64,000 nucleotides of DNA from contig OX597819.1 of assembly GCA_951406725.2 (NCBI GenBank), forward strand, positions 23,126,001 through 23,190,000, given 5' to 3'. The position numbers and the translations under genes were made by a program. Positions 54,028-64,000 of the stretch are shown here, in pieces; the first letter of the stretch is position 1, and each line of letters starts with the position of its first letter. The notes under the pieces are model-generated. The model searched no databases. It saw nothing but the letters and a program-made list of their open reading frames with translations, and was not told the origin of the DNA. The DNA is from Octopus vulgaris. Taxonomy: Eukaryota.

Positions 54028-54241
54028 AAGAAGATAAGAAAATAGAGATATAACAAATAATTATTTATTAATTAAAAAAGTAGACATCATCTCTGACAGC
54101 TGTTTCGATTCCAGATATTTAGAAATTAATTATCATAACTAAAATAATTTAAAAGTCGAATCTCAACAGCTGTCAGAGATGATGTCTAACTTTTAAATTG
54201 ACAAATAATTATTAATTATCTCTCTATTTTGTTATCTTCTT
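54028..54241 (-). mobile_element. PLE terminal fragment with inverted arms and HHR remnant
   Basis: Arms 54028-54104 and 54165-54241. Minus strand CTGTTGA-GATTC-[loop]-GAATC-GAAAC-AGCT-GTC-AGAG. Confidence 0.7.
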
Positions 54242-54251
54242 GATATATATA

Positions 54252-54379
54252 CAGGGTGTCCCAGAAAAATGTATACACACCTTAAATAATTGTAAATTTG
54301 TTATTCTTTGTAAGCCTAGTACTTATTCAATCGTTCTCTTTTGCCGAACCACTATGTGTATACATTTTTTTGGGACACC

Positions 54380-54382
<3 letters not shown>
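54252..54382. mobile_element. Tc1/mariner-type MITE (131 bp)
   Basis: TIRs of about 28 bp, CAGGGTGTCCCAGAAAAATGTATACAC / GTGTATACATTTTTTTGGGACACCCTG, with TA on both sides. Confidence 0.9.
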
Positions 54383-54418
<36 letters not shown>

Positions 54419-54443
54419 CACACACATACATATATATATATAT

Positions 54444-54498
<55 letters not shown>

Positions 54499-55655
54499 AA
54501 TATATATGTGTGTACCATCTACCAAATCTACTCACAGAGTATTCGTAGATCTTGGGTCATGCCGTACGTTTGAACCCGAAACCACGTGGTTGCAAAGTGA
54601 GCTTGTTAACCACACTGCAGTATTAAACTCTATAAGCATTCTGCTTCTTTATCCCAAGGATATATTTCAAAATTGTTTTCATGTAAAACGGCGTATTAAG
54701 GAGTTTTACGAGACAATTCCTAAGCTAGCTAATATTCTGGAATTTATTACAATTTATTATGCGAGGTTATTCGCAACTTCGAACACCTACCTATTACCTT
54801 ATTCCTTCTCTTTCAGCTTTTACTCAATAAAAAGCCATAAACAATTGTCTTTGTATAACGGGTGCACGGAAAGTTGTGTACTTCAGGCAGCTAATTCGAT
54901 GATGTGTAGGTAGTAATATGTTATTCAGTGGAGGGTGGTAGCTTTTCGGGGTCGATTAAATATGTACCAGCTGCGCACTAGGGTCGATATAATGACTTAA
55001 TCCCTTTGTCTGACCTTATTTGCCCCCTCTACATTTTGCCCCCTTGTGGGCAATAAAGAAATAAATATTGTTATAAAGTGGAGGGCGGCGAGCTGGCAGA
55101 AACGTTACCACGCCGGGTGAAATGCCTAGCGATATTTCGTCTACCACTACGTTCTGAGTTCAAACTCTGCCGAGGTCGACTTTGCCTTTCATCCTTTCGG
55201 GGTCGATTAAATAAGTACCAGTTACGCACTGGGGTCGATATAATCGACTTAATCAGTGGGTCTGTCCTTGTTTGTCCCCTCTGTGTTTAGCTCCTTGTGG
55301 GTAGTAAAGAAATAGGTATTTCGTCTGTCGTTACGTTCTGTGTTCAAATTCCGTCGAGGATGACTTTGCCTTTCATCCTTTCGGGGTCGATTAAATAAGT
55401 ACCAGTTACGCACTGGGGTCGATCCAATCGACTGCGCCACTCCTCCAAAATTTCGGGCCTTGTGACTAGAGTAGAAAATGTTACGCCCTGAGTTCAAATT
55501 CTAGTTCAAATTGCCTTAAATCCTTTCGGGGTCAATTAAATATGTACCAGTCGCGCAATGGGACCGATGTAACTGACTTAATTCCTTTGTCTGTCTTTGT
55601 TTGTTCCCCTCTATCTTTAGCCCCCTGTGGGCAATAGAGAAATAAATATGTTATA

Positions 55656-55901
55656 CAGTGTGTGCAAAAGTAGATATACAGTTATGAAAAAAAAGAAAAC
55701 ACGTACAATATTCATTTATTTTTATCGAAAAGATTAAAAGTTACGATAAAAGTATTATCATAGTTATGATAAATGTACTGTTATGATTAGGGACACCGAA
55801 AATATCAAAAATGAGGTTAACGTTTAATTCTTTGATAAAATTAATCAGTATTGTAAACAGTTTCAATTTTTTTGTAACTGTATAATACCTATTTTTGCAC
55901 C
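55656..55901. mobile_element. Degenerate Tc1-like MITE
   Basis: TA|CAGTGTGTGCAAAAGTAGATATACAGTTA versus TAACTGTATAATACCTATTTTTGCAC; the right tip is eroded. Confidence 0.5.
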
Positions 55902-56176
55902 TAATATTGGGCAACCAGGAATAATTTTGCAGTGAAGGTAAGTATATCTATTATTACTTTCACTTGTTACAGTCATTAGACTGAAGTCATGCTGGAGCAC
56001 TACCTTCAGGAGTTTTTAGTCATCTGAATTGACACTAGTATTATTTTTTTAACCGCTAAGTTCCGCGGACGTAAGCACACGGCCACGGGTTGTCAAGCGA
56101 TGGGGGGGGGGCATCAGCACAAATACAAAGACACGCACAAACATGCACACACAGATATGTGTGTGTGTGTGTGTGT

Positions 56177-56257
<81 letters not shown>

Positions 56258-56506
56258 ATGACGGGCTTCATTCAGTTCCTGCGTACCACATCCACGCACA
56301 AGATTTGGGTCAGCTCGAGGCTACATTAGAAGACACTCGCTCAAGGTGCAACGCAGTGGGACTGAACCCGGATCCATGTGGTTGGGAAGCAATCTTCTTA
56401 CCACATAGCCACGCCTGCGCCTACATATATATTCATGTGCGTGTGTGTGTGTATGTGTGTGTATATGTGTGTGTGTGTGTATGTGTATGTATATGTATAT
56501 ATATAG

Positions 56507-56591
<85 letters not shown>

Positions 56592-56762
56592 CATACATAT
56601 ATACATAGGTTATGTGAGAGTCAAGTTAGAGGATATGCAACCATCTAAGAGATAGATGTATCCGTAGGCACACCTGGTGTATTACCTTAGTATGTATGGT
56701 CCTCATTATAAGGTATACGGTAGTAGGTAATTTAAAGGTAAAACCGTAGTTTAATATATCGT

Positions 56763-56888
<126 letters not shown>

Positions 56889-57409
56889 TGTGTAGTTGTG
56901 TGATATATCTGTTTTATAGGCAACATTTGTTATCTTGGAAAAGAAGCGATAGTACTATCGTATAAGTAGTATCAGTTACGTAGGATGTATGTTTTATAGG
57001 CACCAAGAGCTACGTTATAGAAGCAATATTAGTCCTACTGTATAGGTATGTAACCGTTACGTTGTACCATCAGCAACAGTCATATGACACAGTCGTTATT
57101 AGCTCTGCTGTGTAGGTGTGTAATATTTATGTTACGTAGGCAGCACTAGTTAAGTGATGTATGATACATTGACAGCATAAAAATCAATACTCCTACATTC
57201 TTTACTGATATCGAATAATTGTTTATGTGGTCAAATTCTAACAAGCTATATTGAACACAAAACAGTTTACACAACTCAATAAACATTATATGGAACAATT
57301 TTCACGAAGCCTGCACACGCACTAATACTGTCAACTGTACGCACACCGCTTTACACAATGCAAAGTATCCTGTGTATTATACAATGTACATACATACATA
57401 CATAAATAA

Positions 57410-57449
<40 letters not shown>

Positions 57450-57670
57450 TCTTTTACTCTTTTATTCGTTTCAGTCATTTGACTGTGGCCAAGCTGGAGC
57501 ACCACCTTTGGTCGAGCAAATCGACCACAGAGCTTATTCTTTGCAAGCCTAGTACTTATTCTATCAGTCACTTTTGCCGAACCGCTAAGTTGCAGGGACG
57601 TAAACACACAAGCGTCGGTTGTCAACCGATGTTGGGGGACAAACACAGACACACAAACATGTACACACAC

Positions 57671-57728
<58 letters not shown>

Positions 57729-57731
57729 GGC

Positions 57732-57787
<56 letters not shown>

Positions 57788-57789
57788 CA

Positions 57790-57934
57790 GATATCCTTTT
57801 TTTCTGTGTCCCTTTCTGTAAAAGAGCGAAGTCTCGACACGTAAAAGACTTTTTCTATTCCTGAGCGTTATACTAATACATCTGTTTGTTTTGTACACCA
57901 CCTGTCTTCGTCTTTTGTTTTTTTCGTAAACTCT

Positions 57935-57938
<4 letters not shown>
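57790..57938 (+). mobile_element. PLE terminal fragment with mutated minimal HHR (57812-57847)
   Basis: CTTT-CTGTAAA-AGAG..CTC-GACAC-GTA-AAAG. Same architecture as the 25903 motif but with core substitutions; ends in (TA)n. Confidence 0.5.
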
Positions 57939-57969
<31 letters not shown>

Positions 57970-57974
57970 TATAT

Positions 57975-58330
57975 ATGTGCTGTCTGTCTCCTACGATTTA
58001 GATTTCTAACTACTCTCACATTTTGCGGTGAAGTTTAACCAAAAGCGGGTATCTTATAGTCGTGATTCATATCGAGCCCTTCTGGGTCTACGATGAGTCT
58101 ACGATTTTTAAAAAAATTACCATCAATTTTTCCCATTTTTAATGCATTTTTGGCATATATAAGTAACTCTCTAAAAATTTATTATTAAATCTCAGAACGT
58201 AAAAAGCTACAGTAACCACCACCCCTTTGTGGTTAGCCATATTGAGATGGCTATTATACTTTACATCTCTAAAAATGCTTATATAGTTATTTCCCTTACA
58301 AATCCGAGCAACGCCGGGCGATACTGCTAG
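57975..58330 (+). mobile_element. Non-autonomous Helitron (same subfamily as 13581 copy)
   Basis: Near reverse complement of 13581-13973; ends CCGAGCAACGCCGG..CTAG|T. Confidence 0.85.
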
Positions 58331-58880
58331 TGACAGCGCTGGACTCTTTGAATTGCGGGTACAACTCATTTTGCCAGCTGAGAATACAAGAGCAACGTGT
58401 AATAAAGTTTCTTGCTCAAAGACATAAAATGTCGCTAAAGTTCGAACTCACAACCTCACGACCATGAGCCGAATCCCCTACCCACTAATTCATGCCACTT
58501 TACGCTGGTAGTATAGGATATTGGTTTCAAATATTTCGGCACAAGGCCAGCAATTTTCTGAAGAGTTATATCGATTATATCGATTCCAGTGTTCAACTGC
58601 TACTTATTATATCGGCCCAGAAAGGACGAAAGCGAAGTTTGCTGGGCGGAATTTGAACTCAGAACGTAAAGGCGGACGAAATGCCGCTAAGCATTTCGCC
58701 CGGCGTGCTAACGTTTCTGCCAGCTCGCCGCCTTAATATTGTAGGATAATGACATCTAAAAACCAATTCCAACAATTTTACTCATTGTTATATTTGATGT
58801 CTTTTATATTCTGTCAAATTCTTTCTTTAACATTTTTCACTTCTTTTACCCTCTTCCCTCGTAGTTTCTCCTTCTTTATT

Positions 58881-59178
58881 CTCTTCCTTCATAATTTCTC
58901 TTTCTTTATCCTCTTCCTTCATAATTTCTCTTTCTTTGTCTTCATTCTTCATAATTTCTCTTTCTCTATCCTCTTCCTTCATAATTTCTCTTTCTTCATC
59001 TCCTTCCTTCATAATTTCTCTTTCTCTATCCTCTTCCTTCATAATTTCTCTTTCTTCATCTCCTTCCTTCATAATTTCTCTTTCTCTATCCTCTTCCTTC
59101 ATAATTTCTCTTTCTTCATCTCCTTCCTTCATAATTTCTCTTTCTTTATCCTCTTCCTTCATAATTTCTCTTTCTTTA
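58881..59178. repeat. 30-bp minisatellite, about 10 copies, with alternating 60-bp higher-order pattern
   Basis: CTCTTCCTTCATAATTTCTCTTTC(TTT/TCT/TTC)ATC units, followed by CT-rich sequence to about 59750. Confidence 0.95.
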
Positions 59179-59254
59179 ACCTCTTATTCGTTTACCTCGT
59201 TCATTTATTTGCACGCCTATCCCTATCTTTCATTCTATGATTCAGTATATGAAC

Positions 59255-59286
<32 letters not shown>

Positions 59287-59456
59287 GTCTTTCTATCTGT
59301 TTCTTTCTTTCACTCTCTATTTCTTTCTGTTTTCTCCTTCGCTCAATCTCTCTCTTCTTTTTTCTCAAACTCCCCTCTCTCCTGTGTTTCTCCTCTTTTT
59401 CTCTTTCCCTTTCTGTTCCCTTCTTTCTCTTTCTTTCTCTCTCGCTCACTAACACA

Positions 59457-59505
<49 letters not shown>

Positions 59506-59649
59506 CTCCACTTTCTCTGTCTATTTGTCTATGTCTCTTTCTGTTCCCTTCTTCCTCTCTCTTTCTCTGTTCCCATCTTTCTCTCTCTCTCTTTCTTTCT
59601 GATTGTCTCTCCCTCCTATCTCATTCTCTTATTATCCTCTATCTACATA

Positions 59650-59692
<43 letters not shown>

Positions 59693-59944
59693 CTCTCTCT
59701 CTCTCTCTCTCTGCATCTCTCTCTCTGTCTCTCTCCCTCTCTCTCTCTTTCCGTACCTAATTATTTTTCTTTGTTCGTCCCCCTCCCCATTCTCTCACCT
59801 TCCACTCTTCCATTCTACACACCTTTCATTACGCGCCACGACCACACAACTACTCCACCCATACGTTCGCATCTCATACTTTACTTCCACTGTGAAAGCT
59901 TTTGTTTTACACACACACACACACACACACACACCTGTATGTTT

Positions 59945-59994
<50 letters not shown>

Positions 59995-60646
59995 CATTGC
60001 TTGACAACCGATGCTGGTGTGTTTACGTCCCCGTCACTTAGCGGTTCGGCAAAAGAGACCGATAGAATAAGTACTGGGCTTACAAAAGAATAAGTCCCGG
60101 GGTCGATCTGCTCGACTAAAAGGCGGTGCTCCAGCATGGCCGCCGCAGTCAAATGACTGAAACAAGTTAAAAGATAAAAGAAGATAACGATTCTTTCTCT
60201 CGACACTATTTTTTTTTTTGACATTTCGTCACATTCTTCGGATTTTCTTTTAATTATAACCCCACCCCCACCCCCACCCCATCACTTACACAACCAAGAT
60301 GAAGAAGCACGAACCTGACCTAATGAGGTTTTAACTTGCAGCTTGAGACGTGAGTCGTTTTAGACGTTTCAGTCTGCAACCATCCGGAATAAAATTAATG
60401 ATGGAAATTCATAATGCTCTTTTAGTAACTTATAACGTTCTTTATGGCTAATATTGCTATATTCGCAACTAATAAATTTCGCGGTGAAACTTACTTCACA
60501 AAGAAATAGGTTTCCTAGCCTGCCATGCACAAGCTTTTTTAAGTAAAGTCTACAACTGTTTATATTATTTGTTTGCTAAATAAATATGTAACATATTTCA
60601 AAGAGCTTGTTAAATACATACATAATGTGTGTGTGTACGTATATGT

Positions 60647-61275
60647 ACACATAAATATATATGTATACCTATGCATATACATACATACATATGGATATAT
60701 AGCTGTGTGTGTATATATACATACATTCATACATACATAGTTTACATATTTACACATAAATATATATGTATACCTATGCATATACATACATACATATGGA
60801 TATATAGCTGTGTGTGTATATATACATACATTCATACATACATAGTTTACATATTTACACATAAATATATATGTATACCTATGCATATACATACATACAT
60901 ATGGATATATAGCTGTGTGTGTATATATACATACATTCATACATACATAGTTTACATATTTACACATAAATATATATGTATACCTATGCATATACATATA
61001 TACATATGGATATATAGCAGTGTGTGTATATATACATACATTCATACATACATAGTTTACATATTTACACATAAATATATATGTATAGCTATGCATATAC
61101 ATATATACATATGGATATATAGCTGTGTGTGTATATATACATACATTCATACATACATAGTTTACATATTTATACATAAATATATATGTATACCTATGCA
61201 TATACATATATACATGTGGATATATAGCAGTGTGTGTATATATACATAGATTCATACATACATAATTTACATATA
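60647..61275. repeat. 105-bp tandem repeat, about 6 copies
   Basis: ATAAATATAT recurs at 60651, 60756, 60861 and onward; units nearly identical. Confidence 0.95.
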
Positions 61276-62700
61276 TATTTATGTATGTATATATACATTA
61301 AACTAATTAAATTTGTAGCTAGTGTCTCTCCATTTCCGCCAGCCAGCAAATTAAATTTCAAACATCAAGTGTATTCGTTTTCTTTGTTTTAAGTTTGTTT
61401 CTTTTATCATTTTTTCTTTCTTGTTTTAGGTTTGTTTGTTTGTTGTTTTGTTTTTTCTCTCTAAGAAACCTCTATTTTCCAAGTCATTTTGCTTGTATTT
61501 GTAGGTTAATAATTGCCTCCTCATATATTATCGATATGTGCATCAAAACAGCATGCAAAGCCAATAAATAGGAACTCTCTAATTGCTCACATATCTTACT
61601 ATTGGAATTTTTGCATGTTATTGTATAACAATTCTTTTTTATCAATAATCAGTTCTGAGATCATCTGATGTCTATGATAAGAATATTACGACAAAATGCT
61701 GTGCTAAGATTCAGTAGATGTCTTCGGTTATACGCTTATAATATATTTTCTGCTTTACTCTGAGCTGCCCTGCCTTGAAAAATTATAGTATATTTATATA
61801 TTACATAATTAGACAACGTTGACGGAGAAAGAAATCGTCAACATGTTTTCATCATAAATCCATAGTGTGTGCATGACACAGGCACACACACACACACACA
61901 CACACACATATTTCTAAATCTGTGTATGTGTGTGCGTGCGTACATGCGTGCGCGCGGTTCTTTTTTATATCGCTTTTCTAGCAATAACATTTTATATTAT
62001 TATCGATCTATTCCACCATCCTTATTTGTACCACTGTTTCCTGTAAAACTCATTATGATTACACAGCATTGAAGTGCTTATTATGAAGGCTCCGTTTAAT
62101 TATACAACAACGTAAGTAATAATTAAATGTTATTGACTTAGATATGATCTTATTTACCGAGATAAACAGCCACTAATTTCTATCCTCTACCTAATTTCCA
62201 GTAATATATATCAATGCTGTTAGCGAATTCTGCTTGCCGTTTTTTTATTTTTTTCCAATTAGATCTGGGTTTTTATTTGTTTATTTTTTATCCATTTTAG
62301 TATATTAAATGAAATGGAGAGTGATGTAAACCTTTCACCTAAACAAGTTAGCAGTCTTCCGCAGACAATATTCATAATATACCTGCTTCATATTCACGAA
62401 TGCTGGCTGAATTGAGGAACTTACAACTATTATATGTAGCCTCGTTTGTCAATGACTCATTCATCGCTGATCAGAGATTACATGAAATGCTCACTTGTCA
62501 TGCTCATCACAGACTGATCCGTGATAACACGACTCGAACGTCAGTCGAAGGTTCTGCTTGAATCACTAAAATGCGCCCCAGCAATTACCGACCGTGCTCA
62601 AATATCCATGATTCACTTGACTATCACTAGTGCATATGACAAAACAAAATATTGCTAATGCAAGGTTTAAATCTGAAAATGTGAGTATGGGTAACAGCTC

Positions 62701-63055
62701 TTATTATTCTTGCCTTTGCACAGCTTCTAATGCTGGAGATGTACTACGGTGTCAGCTGTTCACGACAAGTGAACTAAGGTAGCACCTCTTATTTTTCGAG
62801 CACCTTCCGGAGTATTCGAGCGGTTCCAAGCAATTTTCTGCAAGTGCTCCATCTTTATTGCAACCTCTATTTGTTCCACGTACTTCTCGAGATTTTTGCT
62901 CACTGTTCCCAGGGCTCCGACAATTATTGGTACTACTGCTACCTTTTTCATCGACCACAACCGCTCAAGTTCCCAAGCTAACCCGTCATATCTCTCGACT
63001 TTTCTTTCTTCCTTATCGCAGACCTTGTCAGCTGGGCATGCTATATCTATGCCAC
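62701..63055 (-). mobile_element. 5'-truncated R4/Dong element (restriction-like endonuclease end and 3' UTR) at a (TAA)n tract
   Basis: IDIACPAD.KV.DKEERKVERYDGLAWELERLW..VVPIIVGALG. Joins directly to (TAA/TGA)n at 63056-63276; 3' end is AATAATAA. Confidence 0.85.
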
Positions 63056-63103
<48 letters not shown>

Positions 63104-63132
63104 CATCATCATCATCATCACCATCACCATCA

Positions 63133-63196
<64 letters not shown>

Positions 63197-63234
63197 CATC
63201 ATCATCATCATCATCATCATTATTATTATTATTA

Positions 63235-63276
<42 letters not shown>
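63056..63276. repeat. (TTA)n/(TCA)n compound trinucleotide microsatellite
   Basis: Direct reading. Confidence 0.97.
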
Positions 63277-63277
<1 letters not shown>

Positions 63278-63739
63278 GTGAGTGGGCAGCACATGCCATT
63301 AAGTGACTCTGAAGTACAAATATTCGAAACCCAATATAGAGTATACAAACATTATGACTACCCCTCTGATAAGAGTACACCAGGAATATGCATCACAATC
63401 ATATGTGTACGGCATGCTGATTGGAAGTATTATCATGTACATGATTTTGTCTTGGTATCATGATAAACAGCGCATGACCTTGCAGGTGAGACCCAGTTAA
63501 AATTTTCTTCAGGTCGAGCAGCTCATCCCGCAGTGAATAACGATCGTTTGAGGATGATAAAGGAAATACTCATGTTTCCAGGAGGGAATTATTCAAACCC
63601 CGCCAAAATTCCTCTCAACACATGGCTATAATGCTCCCCACCCACAACTTCTGCTCGTGATCAGAGATGCACATATCGTCAGCCACTAAGGGACATGCTC
63701 AACTGGTTACGGTCAAACAACTGACAAGCAAATCTGTGG

Positions 63740-63985
63740 TATTGAGCAGAATATTTGCTTTAGTCCATCTTTTATACCAAGACAAAACAATGTACGTGAT
63801 AATACTTCCAATCAGTTAATATAAGAAGCCATGAGAGCCACTTCCTGGTACTGCATCAGAGCATAGAATATTTGCAGCAGCCCATCTTTTATACCAAGAC
63901 AAAAAACTTGTACATGATGATACTTCTGATCAGTTAAGATCAGAAGCCATGACAACCACTGCCAGATATTGCATCAAAGTATTTA
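63740..63985. repeat. Diverged tandem duplication of about 120 bp within an interspersed repeat
   Basis: AGAATATTTGC..CCATCTTTTATACCAAGACAAAA..CAGTTAA.AT.AGAAGCCATGA occurs twice. Confidence 0.75.
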
Positions 63986-64000
63986 TCATTATTAGTGTTG

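Noticed and set aside
58936-59760. 274-aa Ser/Leu/Phe ORF
   Set aside because: CT-rich simple sequence.
60560-61255. 231-aa and 206-aa repetitive ORFs
   Set aside because: By-product of a 105-bp (multiple of 3) tandem repeat.
58881-61275. Regularly spaced repeats resembling CRISPR arrays
   Set aside because: No unique spacers, no cas genes, eukaryotic context.
62760-63463. Poly-N/D and poly-Y/H ORFs
   Set aside because: Trinucleotide microsatellite fused in frame to a Dong fragment.

Overview
AT-rich, repeat-dominated eukaryotic DNA. The SINE families, dense (TA)n/(CA)n/(GATA)n microsatellites and Dong/Penelope/RTE content suggest an octopus-like cephalopod genome (inference from recall, not tested). 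No host gene could be supported, and nearly all ORF-track entries are microsatellite or repeat artefacts. Main contents: (1) a full-length Buster-type hAT transposon (5638-8528) with TIRs, a perfect 8-bp TSD and a transposase one frameshift from intact; (2) many Penelope-like element (PLE) remnants, mostly next to (TA)n tracts, with about ten hammerhead-ribozyme (HHR) motifs, including a 2.2-kb element with perfect 96-bp inverted HHR-bearing ends; (3) mariner, Helitron, RTE, Tx1 and R4/Dong fragments, MITEs and dozens of tRNA-derived SINEs; (4) a frameshifted reading frame of about 250 codons at 48575-49341 that aligns by eye to phenuivirus (Phlebo/Tenuivirus-type) nucleocapsid protein. That last item is a candidate endogenous bunyavirus element and the most notable finding. 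All homology calls come from manual motif recognition, with no database search.
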